Shown here piece after piece: positions 1-25,400 of a DNA stretch of 64,000 bases (positions are counted from its first letter, which is position 1; each line of letters begins with the position of its first letter). Under the pieces are notes generated by a model. It ran no database searches. It had not been told where the DNA came from and worked only from the letters and a program-made list of their open reading frames with translations. Made by a program: the position numbers and the translations under genes. The DNA is taken from positions 5,394,001 to 5,458,000 of the forward strand of contig NC_134031.1 of assembly GCF_964204645.1 (NCBI RefSeq), read 5' to 3'. Source of the DNA: Tubulanus polymorphus (taxonomy: Eukaryota > Animalia > Nemertea).

Positions 1-287
1 CTTCGTCAATGTATTAGTGTTGTCAGGGTGTATCATTTCTAGGCAGATTTCCTATTGTAGTTGGTGTAAGCATACTCACATTGACAAATACAGAATATAT
101 TGTCTAATCGATAATTGAAAATGGGATGAATTTGGAAGCTATAGATCACCTTATCTTATCATTCCTTTTCTTTACCAACGTCCCTCGAAGCACCAATGAA
201 ATTTCCGACGGACCAATTGATAATGTTTTTAAGCTGAACTAATCGAATAAGGATCTTTTTCATTTGGTAGGGATTGACAATTCCACG

Positions 288-12259
<11,972 letters not shown>

Positions 12260-13972
12260 TGAGGTATATTCTATCAGTCTTTCACTCGATGTATCTCTGG
12301 TTTAAAATTTGGGTTTTGTTGGGTATATCTTGCAAATACATACATGACGTTCCATTAGGAAATTGTGTCATTGCTGTACATGTATTTAACCTGAAATAGT
12401 ATCCGTTTTCTTTCAGGCCGTATCGGTATTACAACGAAGACGATGAAATGCAGATATTCCGCAGTTAGAATACTATTCTCTTTTTATCCATTTGTGATAT
12501 AAATAAAGTGAAGTCATAAATAACATAAAATTAGAATAAAATTTTTGTTGCAATCTGATTTGATTTTTTTCCGAAGTGAAGTACATCTGTTTTGCTGTGA
12601 GCCATCATTTTGAACCCTGGTACTCGTCATTTATCGCGGCAATATTTTCAAACCTGCGCAGGACGATCGACGATCTACATCACCTGCAGCCTTTGTATAT
12701 AGTCCCTGCGCTCTTGATATCGATGCATCGAGCAAGGCTGTCATTTGCAAGACCAAGATTATATTCACCATTATCTTCTGGGATAAGTTTCTGCACCCTG
12801 ATCAAGGTTAATAGTGGGAAAAATCAGAATTCGACATAGAAAGCGAGTCGGAACAGATCACTGCGAAACTCTATTTTTAATTTTGAAGTCCTCTGACTTC
12901 CGTTTCCGTTTACTAGCACTGCACTTCTTGACCTATGTTACAGGAAAACTATCGAGTCAAAAATGAGCTTTGGTATACCATACTGGAGAATAGCAAACAA
13001 CTTCAAAGGTCAGAGGACTATTTCCGTATTGATTGATTTATCTTTATATTTGAAATAAGTAAGTTTTTGGTAGTTTCTCCCATCATTTGACTTCGATTCA
13101 AAACAATTTTGACTGTTAAAAAAATGTTTCCGTAGTCCTTCCAAGATTCTAATACAAGAATTCATATTTTTATCTTTCCCCTTCCATTTTAAAACGTCTA
13201 TGATAGTTGAAATTCTTTTCCCTACATCCTTCCATTTTTCCTACAGAAATTCGTTCTCCGAGTTATCGAAAAGGAAGGCCTTATATAAATAATTTCAAAA
13301 ACTCACGCACGAAAAATTCACTCCACCTTTCACCGAAAACTGTAATTTCTGAATTTCACACTAATGGAACTGGGCCCAGAGTAAACCTCAAACTCATACA
13401 ACTGTGGAATTGTATTCGCTGTAACTTACACAACTGTAGTACTGAATCCAAAGGCAAATTGAACCCACATAACTGTGGAACTGAATTCAGAGTTAAATTA
13501 AAGCCGATATTCGACAGAATATACTGAATAAGAATATTACGTATTTATATTTATTTGATTTTCTATAAATGAACTCAAGGTACAAAATATTTGGCCGGAA
13601 CACGAAATATCAGTGATATACACAATGTATTTGTACAAAATAAATTAGAATATAGCGATCAATTCATCAAATGGAAATGGAATATAAACTATTGATATGT
13701 ATCTTATGTGGTATATAATATACTGATGGTTTTGACGATACAATTGAATATGTATTCAATAAATCATGGCTTATGGCGAGATAGTATTTGCGAGTAAAAC
13801 CCTAGCCATGTTCTAGAAGTGTACAGACTTAACTTAGTATATGTATATTCCTATATCATAAATGTCTTCGATAAATAGTTAGCTCATTGGTCGAAGATAG
13901 TCAACACAATTTGGGCTGTTGTGTATCAGCCCGAGACGTAGATCTAAGTTCTAGAAGATCTAATTCAAAAAC

Positions 13973-14289
13973 CGGGGCGGATCCAGAAATTTGAGCTAAG
14001 GCACTCATGCACAGTTTTTTTTCCCAGATATAATTTATCATACATCAATGAAAAATGCATTCTCCTGAAATTTGACGATCAAAACTAATTTGAAATTAAG
14101 AATGATTAATGCGTAAAATGCATATACATTTTTATGTTCACAAATCTACATATTTTTACACTTAGTTTCATGCCCATGTTCAAATTGTGGTTGGTTCATC
14201 ATTAATATCATTGAAATCACTATCAGAAAATTTGAGAACACAGAGCAGGGGGTGAGACCCCCTGGACTCCCTTCTTAGATCCGCCCCTG
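13973..14289. mobile_element. MITE, family B (CAGGGGCGGATCCAG-type TIR)
   Basis: Ends cggggcggatccag / tagatccgcccctg. Related copies at 23837, 57623; partial ends at 27669, 54170, 59824, 61788. Confidence 0.7.
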
Positions 14290-14412
14290 AAAAAGCTATA
14301 CAATACTTAACGACAATTTGTTTTAATTATAGTTATACAGTCAGCAGTTCAATTATTTTGATTTTTCCATCGTTCGAAACGGTCAAAGACGATGCTTTTG
14401 GAAAACGTTTCA

Positions 14413-17400
14413 TTAAGCGATACTCGAGTCTGCAGCTCGAAGTTCCGACGTATTGTCCGTGTCAGAACACGAAACCTGATAAACTCTCACTTCGTGACGA
14501 CCGTAAAAGCCGCATTGAGTTAAAACCAGTCTGCCGTCGTCGTCCATTTCGACCGACATCGGATACTGTAACCCGTCCCTCTCCGACAACAAATCCCGTA
14601 GATATTTACCGAACGGGTCGAACACGGCGATTCGGTGATTATCGCTATCGGCAATAGCGATATTACCGTCTAAATCTAAACACAACCCGCGCGGACAGTT
14701 CAACTTTCCCTGCCCGAATCGGTACAGCGGACGGCCGTTCTTATTGTAGACTTTCACGCAATTGTTCGTCGAATCCGTTACGATGATGTTATCGTCCTCG
14801 TCGACGCATAAAAAGTGCGGACTCGGAAGATCGACGTCGCTGAATATTCGGGCGCAGAATTTATTGATTAGAATACCGTCGGGACTGTGCACGGTAATGA
14901 ACGAGCGTTCGCTGTCGCACATCACTACGTTACCGTTGCTCATCACGGCGATTCCGGCAGGGTATTTGAACAAACCGTGGCCGAAACGATTCACCAACGA
15001 ACCGTTCTCATTGAACACCTTAACCCCGTTCGATTCCTCGTCGCTGACGTAGACGAGTCCGTCGACGGGGTTAGAAATGACGCGCTTAGGTTTGACGCAA
15101 TCCAGTCCGATATAGCGAACGAACTTTCCATCGTTTTTGCTGAGAATTTGAAGTCGTTTGTTGTTTTTATCGCAGACGATCACGTCACCGCTCGGCAGGA
15201 AATTGGCGTGTACGGGCCAATCGAACTGTGCCCTGCCTTCACCCCGCCCTTCGACGTGCCACAGTAATTCGCAATTCCACACTTCTTTACACTTCTCGCT
15301 TTCGTAAATAAAATCGAATACGACTTTTTCGGGACCGTCTAGTCCTACGGTGCTGTAGCGAGCTAACAGCGATCGCGGACTCAACCAGAGATCTCCGTCG
15401 TTCGATTTCAGCGCATTTCGCGTGATATCTTGCTCCACTATAGAAATCATATCTTCGCTTACGGCGGCGATCTGATCATCGGCACATTTGTCTAAAATCT
15501 CCTCGACGATGTCGTGATCAACTTTAAGAGCGGCGTATCTGCCGTACAGACGGTTTTGTTGTCTCATGAGCTGAGCTAACGTGGGCCCGAACCGCTCGTC
15601 CAATTTTAGTCTTTCTTGTTCATAATCAACTGAAAAATTACCGAGAAACTTGAATCATTCTTTTATTCAGACCGACTGGTAGGGAAGCGTCCTGGGGCCG
15701 TATCTATAAGGGAAAGGTTTTTCGTGTAAGTTCCGAGTTTGTAATTCGCAAAAAATAGTTTTCTCAGTTAGAAGTGATTTTGGCGTTTTATTCCCAGTTA
15801 GTAACTTGAAATAAACTAGTAGTTAAAAGTGATTTGTAAGTTAATTCCGACTTTGTAACTGGGAATGAACAAAGTTTCCTCAGTTGAAAGTGATTTTCTG
15901 GATTATTCCGATATAGTAACTCGGATAAACCTCCAAATTTCATTTCGAGTTAGTTACAAACTCGGAATTAACCTTGAAAATTATTTCTGAAATTAATATG
16001 TCACCAGGACGCTTCCGTAAAATTGACATTTACCGATTTCACTGTTAATTCGTATTTGCAAATAAGAAATAAAAACCTTACAGAACAATTAATTAGTTTT
16101 ATCTAAACAAATATGTTAAACAAAAATAAAGATTGATCCGTAATCAAAACAAGTTTTACACGCTGAGTGAATTTCGCAATTTCTTATTTAGATAGTTGAG
16201 CCTCCAATGTGACATGGTGAAAAATTGTTTTTTTTTTTGTCCTGGGAACGAAATAATCTTTTTGTTCGAACGAAACACATTTCGTTCGACGGAAATGTTT
16301 TTCGTGGAAACTTATGAAAAATGAATTTATTATTAGTAAGTATAATCATCTTCGAAGCTGACCTTCATCTGGATATGCGCACGCAGCATCTCGACCTGGT
16401 TGTTCTCTGGTTGATTCCGATTGGTTGAAATCGGAACATTTTGCCTGCAAACTCGCTATATTATCGTAGTAATCCTTGTGAGTAACTTTTTCGGTGAGGG
16501 CGATTTGAAGTAGTTTGTTGTACAGTTCGCCGCATTTCCCGTTAAGAGTATTCATTAGTTGACGCAGATGACGCTTCTCGTGTTCGATGTGCTGGCTGCC
16601 GCAGACGGCGTTGTAAACCCCTGCAAAAACAATACGATATACACGTATACATGAGCGTGAACATAATATTGTTACATGTACTTGCAAATCTCGATGCATC
16701 AAATTAGGTAGCCAGCAGAAATAAGCCCCCGATCGATCAGTTGCTTTGCCGGTTCAGACTGGATACACTAAATCGGAACAGGAATTTCCAATTGTGTACT
16801 TTTTGTACTTAGTATTATTTGAACAAAACATTACGTAATGTTAAATGTCAACAAACTGTATCTGTACTTCGATTTCCGATTTACAAATGAGACCCCCTCT
16901 GTTTCGTTAAAAAAATGCGGAGAGGGCATTTGTTACATGGGATTCGAACCTACCACTGTACCAGATGGTGAACAGCATAACAGGATGTATAACTTAAGTA
17001 TCTAAAATCTCCTCCTTAATATAACATTTCCAATAACTATCAGTGTTTCACTGAAATTGATTTTCATTATTCTGACTAATATGGATTCGTATGATTGTGA
17101 TATTCAATTTCTAATATTCATAATATTTGTTATCATTAACTCTGTCTGTGATCGTCTATTTATTCTGTCAAGCTCAAAATTCATGTCATCAAACATTAGT
17201 AAACAGGACGTTATCAAACTGTTTGTTCGATGGGCAATACAAACAGCGAGTGCGGAGTTTATCACGATATATATCCAATAATTCCAGGGTCGGAATGAAC
17301 CATGTCTACATCATGCATATGTATATACACGTATATCATATACAGAATTTTCTATTGGATATTTTGTAACAACGTCAAAACCATAGCGAAATCCACAATA

Positions 17401-18875
17401 AGTAATGAGTTATGGGAGCTACAAATGCCGAAACGTTTCGACCGTTGCCATCGTCATCAAGTAGAATGATGAAATCAGTTAGAATATGTCTCCACTTCTA
17501 ACTATGATTGCTGGATTTGACCATTGACTCAATTATTAGAGTCCATGGTTCGACTGAACATGATTTGTCGTAATTCACCGAGTAGCGTGCCCAAATATAT
17601 GAGCAATAGATACTTATGTCTGTTTTTCTGATGGTGCACACGATTTTCTCTCCGTCTTTTATTATTAAAAAAAACTTTTTAGAGATAAAAAAAAAAGAAG
17701 TACGTTACAAGCTATTCCATATCTCTTTATAGATCCGGTGCCATTAAAATCGAATAAATATTTGTTTTTCAGCTGTAACCTTCAGCATTGCTTAGATTTA
17801 TGAGTCATGCGCGGGCCATATTCGAAGTAGATTATTTTTCTATTCTACCACCGCGTCTGATGTACGATTATTTGTTGATAAAAAGTGTAAAAGTTCACGA
17901 AATTCAAAGATGTTTTCCTTTCTTAATACATTTATATCTCGATTGTTATCGATTTTCCTGGATATACAATATTCTAAGGAAGGTCCTTCATCGGGGTCCT
18001 TTATGTTTTCGTGCCATTATGTTGCGAGAACCCGTTGTTTACGGGCCGCTATTTGGCACGCGTTTTAATGTATACACAATACCCCTGCTGTGGATATATC
18101 CTATCTAAAATACACTGCGAATAATCCCGATTTCTAGGAACAAATCGATTTGATATTAGAGCCCATATATAACTCGTGAAGCCGAATGTAAACAAAGACG
18201 ATTCATTCCATAATTGATAATGCATATTTATTGCAAGGTCGTCATATTATCTATCAAATTTTGTTCGCGTTTTATCAAGAACTTGAGTAAATTATGGTAG
18301 AAAGAGGTCAATTGATCTTTGACTTCTATTAGGCTATGTTAAATTGGAATGAAAAGTAAATAACGAATATTGAAAAAGAAATAATGACTTAATGTACAAT
18401 TAATACGATACTTATAGATAGGCTGAAGATATTGCACTATTTTAGGTACAAAATTAATTACTAAACTAAAGAAATGCTGCAAGATTTTGAAGGCCAAATG
18501 CGACAAGTATTTTTGATATCGATACGTTAGTTACAAGCGAATACCTTCCAATACGGGTTCATTATCCACCGCCGAAGCCGATATCTGCGATAAAGCGTCG
18601 AATATCGTTTGCATCTTTTCTGAAAGATTCGACATTTTTTCGATGGCCACGTCGTCCCGTAGTCCGGCGATACCCTCGGCCGGTAAGTAGGTGGAATCGC
18701 GACATTTCGGACAAACGATGCAGATGTTGACCTGTTTGAAATGGCTGCCCTGTTGGGCCAGATGCCGCTCCAGACATTGTTCGCAGAACGTGTGAAAACA
18801 CGATAATATTTTGGGCGTTCTAAAACGATCGTAGCAAATCGGACAATGCAATGCGTCCTCGCGCAGACGTTCCAT
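14413..18875 (-). CDS. RING finger + coiled-coil + NHL-repeat protein (TRIM2/3- or malin-like E3 ligase); exons 18545-18875, 16363-16620, 14413-15629
   Basis: C3HC4 RING (CPIC..CFHTFCEQC..CPKC) in exon 1. Six NHL repeats in the last exon (FDWPVHA, VKPKRV, FKYPAGIAV, LPSPHFLCVD, LNCPRGLCLD, LQYPMSVEMD). Both introns are phase 1 and GT-AG. Confidence 0.9.
15682..16017. mobile_element. MITE, family A, flanked by TA
   Basis: ta|gggaagcgtcctgg ... ccaggacgcttccg|ta, with internal repeated ttccgagtttgtaa motifs. Confidence 0.8.
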
Positions 18876-19266
18876 TTATAATCCGGGTTTGTTTACGTAC
18901 ACACGAACGTATTCCAATACGACACAAAGCGGAAATCTCGAATCGAAAATATATTTCCAGTCTTAGGTTAATAAAGAAAATCCATAACAATTTCCGAAAT
19001 CCATGTCTAATGACATATCTTAGTCTATACAATATTTGGTATGTCGTATTATATGACCCGATTTCGCTAATCTAGATGACAGTATGGCGAAATAGAGCAT
19101 TCGCTAATGCGCATGTCGGAAATGAAGTTATCGTGATAATGGCGCCCTAGGGGAAAATGGCGGGTGTGAATAAATGGCGCGAAAATTGAAGCAGACAAAT
19201 TGTAGTGATATGAATGGCTTGAGATAGACCCCTGTTTCTTTCAGTATCCGCATCGTTCAGTTGGTT

Positions 19267-19937
19267 CCTAACGTCAATTAGACCCCCAAGGAGCCCTTGC
19301 ACCGGGCAATAACTATATACTGGGCTGTAGCTCTCAAATAGTTCTATCTTCTGTAAAAGTTTCAGAGACTTTGACTGTTTTGTATTTTACTTATTAATTT
19401 CTAAACATTATTTTTGATATTTTGGGGTCTTTGGGCGTCAATTAGACCCCCAAGGAACCCTTGCACCGGGCAACAACTATATACTGGGCCGTAGCTCTCG
19501 AATAGTTCTATCTTCTCTGAAAATTTCAAAGACTTTGACCGTTTTGTATTTTACTTATTTATTTCTAAACATTATTTTTGATATTTTGGGTCGTTGGGCG
19601 TCAATTAAATCCCCAAGGAGCCCCTGCACCAGGCAATAACTATATACTGGGCTGTAGCTCTCAAATAGTTCTATCTTCTCTGAAAGTTTCAGAGACTTTG
19701 GCCGTTTTGTATCTTACTTATTAATTTCTAAACATTATTTTTGATATTTTGGGGTCTTTGGGCGTCAATTAGACCCCCAAGGAGCCCTTGCACCGGGCAA
19801 CAACTATATACTAGGCTGTAGCTCTTGAATAGATCTATCTTTTCTAAAAGTTTCAGAGACTTTGACCGTTTTGTATTTTACTTATTAATTTCTAAACATT
19901 ATTTTTGATATTTTGGGGTCTTTGGGCGTCAATTAGG
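19267..19937. repeat. Four tandem ~165-bp units bounded by short TIRs (cctaa/ttagg) and a 9-bp TSD; satellite-bearing non-autonomous transposon, Mutator-like
   Basis: Unit cgtcaattagacccccaaggagcccttgcacc...ttttggggtctttggg x4. cagttggtt occurs at 19258-19266 and 19938-19946. Confidence 0.85.
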
Positions 19938-20669
19938 CAGTTGGTTCACGTGAAACTCGGGAATGAAACGCGGGAGTTTCACCCGTATTGGTTTCGCCGC
20001 TCTAGCGACTGATTTCATTTTTACAGGAATGTGCTGGTTAAACGGCTGATATACCGCGCACTCAGTGAATTACACTGTTGTCAGAAGAATATGCCCAGAA
20101 TCGTTGTAGAATATTTCACGTGGAAAATAAATTACATGTTATGAAGAAGTAGATCATACCATATCGCTTCTCGTCATACTGAATTGAGATAGAGGATTTT
20201 TTCATACATTTCAAACCTGAGTTTCGCCATCGGGGCTTTGTGCGGATTTTGTGCACCTTTGCAAAATCTGAATCTAGGAGAATGTGCAGTTACTGTTCTT
20301 TTTCCGTTTCGAGAGTTTTTACATGTTTGTTTGGTTAGATTCATTTTATCTATGTAAATATGTACAACTTGGTTCGGGTCTCCAGTGCCCGTTTACGTGG
20401 ACTTTTCTTGTCATGTTTGAAGGAGGACACCTCTGCTACCGAATCTAGGTTAGATTCGAACTTATTTGTTGACTTAACGTTTGGCGACGTATTAGGTGAA
20501 CCCTGTTCATCCCCCAGGTCTTGTATAAGGAGGTAGCCGTGGGAGGCCAACTGTGTGCTGACAAAGTAGTCCTCACACAATGGCCTGGTCTTTTTTCACC
20601 GGTGAGTGGGGGTTGGATTTGGTCCCTGCATATCGCTAAATGATTGAGACATTATCAACCAAATGCCGA

Positions 20670-21662
20670 CTAAGGTTTTCTACAGCGCAACAGCAATTTC
20701 ATTTGTTTTCTGAAATTTTTGCTGTACACATAATAGAATATACCATTCACGGCCGAATTCAAGGCTTGAGTAACATCATTCACGAGCATGATCGGCCATA
20801 ATGTTTTGAACCCATAATGATCCATAATCGCCAAACCATTGTATAGCATATCAGGGAAAACTGACACCATGAATAAAGTGGATGCGACAAATACCATTCT
20901 GAGACCCGTTCCCCCATCTTGTTTGTTTTGCTTCGTGCCACCACCGGTCAGTTTTTTCCTACTTTTAGCGTGAATTTGTAGTTTTATTACCATGACGATG
21001 TTTAACAGTGGCACGATACCAAACGGTAGGTATGTAGAGAAAATATTCACCATCAAATACGAAGTTTCGGTTGGATTGTTAACCCTTTTGTTAGTGCGGA
21101 TGGGTATGCCGTACGTACATACGTTCATTACAAATACGATAATTCGGTCCTGCGCGCGATAAATAAACAGTCCAGTCCACGCGATTACGCAGACGGCTGA
21201 AAGTAGAAAACAACGTTTCAAATTCCAATATCTCTTAGCTTTCAGAGGGAATAAGATGTGGAGTGCGCGGTCGAACGTCACTATTAGGGTCAGACTGTTT
21301 CGAATGTTAGTGCTCCATTTTATGATAAGATTTCCCGCTATATTAAACTCTGGAGCCCCGAGATCCGTTTTCAAATACAGTCCTGCCTTTCCGTGGCGAA
21401 TCATTTTCAAGACCCAAATTAAATGATAATAGAAAATGTATCCGACGCAAGAGAAAGTGTCGAAAATAGCTAGTAACAATAAGACGAAATACGAAGTAGC
21501 GGAATCGTTCATTTTATGTAGTCGATATACCACGACTATAGTAACCGCGTTGGCAATGATGCCGAACCACGCGGTCGGTCCTATCACTGTCGATGAAACA
21601 AGGTTCCACACATCGTGACGATCGTTGAAGCACCAGTCAACAACTGTGGCGTTTAACTTCAT
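20670..21662 (-). CDS. Intronless class A GPCR (divergent FMRFamide-receptor-like / putative chemoreceptor)
   Basis: 330-aa ORF with seven hydrophobic segments: TM1 'GIIAN', TM2 'LAIFD', TM3 'TFDRALHILFPL', TM5 'LPFGIVPLLN', TM7 'NSAVNGIFYYVYSKNFR'. Confidence 0.88.
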   Translation of the reverse strand: MKLNATVVDWCFNDRHDVWNLVSSTVIGPTAWFGIIANAVTIVVVYRLHKMNDSATSYFVLLLLAIFDTFSCVGYIFYYHLIWVLKMIRHGKAGLYLKTDLGAPEFNIAGNLIIKWSTNIRNSLTLIVTFDRALHILFPLKAKRYWNLKRCFLLSAVCVIAWTGLFIYRAQDRIIVFVMNVCTYGIPIRTNKRVNNPTETSYLMVNIFSTYLPFGIVPLLNIVMVIKLQIHAKSRKKLTGGGTKQNKQDGGTGLRMVFVASTLFMVSVFPDMLYNGLAIMDHYGFKTLWPIMLVNDVTQALNSAVNGIFYYVYSKNFRKQMKLLLRCRKP

Positions 21663-22477
21663 TGCGCCTTGGAGTCAAACGATTCACCTAAGATTGTACG
21701 GAGTTCGTAATTGCGGCTGATGCGCCACAAAAGCACTCGGCAAATCTATCAGTTCGGGAACACGCCCATAATTTTTCGAATATTTCGCGTTGAAAGTAAA
21801 TTATACGTTAGCATACCGAATGGCTTTTCGATGATACTGAGCTGTCATGTCACGACCTAAGGCCTACGCGCGTACAGTTCATGAAAGATTATTCCTCTGA
21901 AATGCACCAACTATGTTATCGTTATATTCTCTTTAAATCCCAATGTATTTGACAGTTAACCTTGATATGTTTCCCATTGTAACATAAGCAAAAACAATAG
22001 GCGTTTGCGCGCACACGTAGTTTTAAAAAAAGACATTTCTTCAAAGGCCTTCTACCAGAATCAGCATAAAGTATACTAAGCAGAAAATGTTTGCATAATC
22101 CATGGTGGTACATACGTACCGGCGCACGGTATGTTTTAGTAGGTAACAATCTCCACCTTTACAAATGAAAATACAATTACTGAAGACCAGACTAAAACCA
22201 TTAAATTTTCAACAAGAAGAGGAGTAGACCTAGAACTTTTTACGGATAATGAAGCGGTTCTGCTGCTTGTCTTGAGATCCTGACGGACTATCGGGCGGCT
22301 GCGATTCGCAATTCTTTAAATTATAAATCGGTCACTTTTAGTAATTAGTAAACCGGTGACTTTTTCTCCGAGAAAAAAGATTGTGGAGAAAATTCATTAT
22401 GGCGGCCAAATCAAAAAGGAACGAAGCGAAAATTAATGAATAAACTTCGAAATTAAAGAAATCCCTCCAACACAACA

Positions 22478-25400
22478 ATGAGATCGTCACATAGTTTAAT
22501 TATATTTATCATATTGTTAATTACACCGGTAAATTACGCATTATTTGACTGGCTATTTCCGAGTACGGCTAAAAATACCGACGACGCCGACGGATCCGGA
22601 AATAGTGGAGAAAGTTCACTGATCAACGATAAAAATGCGATATCATCCGCAAAATTTGAAATGAAATCTGTCGACGAAAAATTCTTACAGACAGAAGCTG
22701 GAAAAGAGTTGGCGACGTTGTCCGAACAAGATTTATGCCACCACAAGGTAAGCCACTTGGTCTGAATACCAGTCGTTGTTAGTTACCGCCGACCGGTTCC
22801 CTACTACTACAACCGTTTGTTTTTGTGGAACGACGGCTAGGTACAAGACTAAGCCACTATGGAACCATCCGACATCGAGGTCAACTACTAGGCCTAGCTG
22901 TTACAAGTTAGTTTATTCGTCATAACCATATTACATGATGATCCCCTAGGCCTAGCAAGGTTGTGTTGGGGACCGTAAAACATCTGGTATTCCAACTACG
23001 AGGTCTCTTGGACTTTGGTGCCACTTCAAACTTCTAACTGATGTTACTCGCGAGCCATACTAAACTAAAGCCTGTCATTTTTTGTTTCAGGTAGTTGCTC
23101 AGTTGAAAGCTTCTTGCGGTCGATTGACTGAAGAACAGATTGGAAAGTTGGGCGTGCTCTTATTGAACTGTCAGTCAGCAGCTGAGGGAAGGACCATTTA
23201 TCCCTGCACAGATGAAATGGTTAGTGCCCGTTGTGCGTTGATGCATTGTAAACCTACATATTCTGCGTCAGTGTAGTCTAAATGTTATGAATAGTCAATG
23301 AACTACTGGTCTAGTGATGAACATAAGATTTAATCCAGATTTGTTATTGGCCTAAACACAATTGATTCTTCAGTCCTAAAAATATCCCGGATAAGGTGTG
23401 TTTAACAGAACTGTCAAAATTTCCTATTTATTTTAATGCATTTTTCTAAAAAATGCTCTTTTTATGGAAAGTTTGCAATGGGAATCTATCTGCCCTTGGA
23501 TATTCCATGTGTACTGTACAGTACTTCACTAATCACACGAACTTACTGATTTAATGTCTTTGTTTCGTCTTGTAATTTCAGAAGATCGGTGAATGTACGA
23601 AGGATATGGAACAGACAGTGTGGAATGCCTATCAGATCGTTAGTAACAGAGCGAGGGCGATCTGCTTCGCCGTGCAACAAAAACAGTTTCGTTTAAAAGC
23701 CGAATACACAGTTAATAAACTATTATACTCTACCGAACATCAACTGAAAGCTATGGATGACATCAAGGTAATAAATTGTGTCGCAGTTTTTCAGTTGGGC
23801 AAAAAAAAACTTTTTTCTGACTGAAAACAGGTGGTACAGGCGCAGATCCATGGGGTGGCACCTGCTACTTTCCAGATTTTCAGTTGGCTCCTGTCAAAAT
23901 TTGTTACCACCTGAAGACGTCTAAAGGCTCCTAATTTATTTTTCTTTGGTTGAAACATGCTTTGAATCCTTGGAAATGGCATCTGCAGGGGCTTATTTTT
24001 CAAAATTTTCCTTGAGGAGGGCAACCAGATCTCCTTTCGCTACTTGTGGATGGTGCCTCTTTTAAACAATTACTGCCCCTTTCATCGGGCACTACCCCTC
24101 AATATAAGATCTGGATCCGACCCTGTTGTAGGAGCCACCTAGAAATATTTCTAGTATTCTAGATAATTAATGTCATACTCAACAAGTGTGGGATTCTACG
24201 TACATTTCTCATCGGTATCTATCTCGTATTGTAGGACGGACAAGAAGCGATTCACGAAGCCGCCTCGGACACTTTGAGACGCATGTTCGAAGGACAACAA
24301 GAACTGATGAATCGACAGGAATCGTTGAAGAACTCACACAACGGAATTCAAACGTACATCGCCGAAAACCTGAAAGAGCTCACGAAAGAGAAAGCCATGA
24401 TCGCGACGGGAAATAAAGAACTCGCCGAAATGACGGACAATATAAGGAAAAAGATCGGTAGTTATTATTTTGGCTACAGAGTTGCCAGTTGAGATTTTTG
24501 ACAAATTCATTCTAAAGCGGGGAATCATAGGAATAGGAGACAGAAATGTGTTTCCAAGTGTTTCAGCGTTTCTCTGTCGTGTGCATCCGTTTAGGAGAAA
24601 TAAGAAAAATAATTTTGGGAAACAATGTTTCCGATATCAAACATGTTTAATTCCATGTTTCCCTGCATTATGTGCGTAAGTTAAAGGTTTAGTTATCGGT
24701 AATGAAGTGGCCTACGCTTCTTCTACAGATGAGGCAACGAATGTGTTATTTCAACAAGAGTCCGATCAGAGGGATAACCACGCTGAAATACTACGCGATT
24801 TATCGACCATTAGAGAAAAGGCGAGAGAAGTGTGGGAGAAGATAGGTATGGAAATTCTCTTACTTTAGTTCTTTTTTGTATTCACTCAAAATCAAACGGT
24901 TACGAAATGATTGCGGAGCTAATTACGCGTGGTATTATGGTCCTTGTTATTCCTTTTTCATGCAGATAACAGCAGTAAAAATGTACTGATGTACCACCAC
25001 GAAGCGGCCGAACAATATCAGAAAACGTTAAAGAATCTCCAACAAGTGAACGCGACCATCAATTTTATAATGAATACCGTAACGGACATGAAATCGGGAA
25101 TCGATTCGAGACTGAGTTGGTTGATTAGTCTCATCGGAGGCACAGGTTAGTCTTACAAGTCATCTTGTCGGTCTGCTGCGGCCAGTTGCTCAAAAGTTGG
25201 TTTTAAAGCCCAACAGTTTAGATTTATGCAGTCTAAAGCTTGCCTAAATCAGATCTTTGCTTGAAACTCTACCACAATTTTCTAACTTCCTTCATAGGTC
25301 ATTTATCTCTACATGTATTTCTTTATTCAAACTGGATCAACAAGGAAGCATGCACATTCAAAGCCGCTAAATCCAGATCAGTTTGATACAGAGATTTTTA

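Noticed and set aside
14358-15267. Several plus-strand ORFs over the NHL exon
   Set aside because: Antisense by-products of a GC-richer coding exon.
17425-17465. Minimal Penelope-type hammerhead on the minus strand (ttgatgac..gtcgaaacgtt)
   Set aside because: C3 is mutated, stem II is poorly paired and there is no stem I; at most a decayed remnant.
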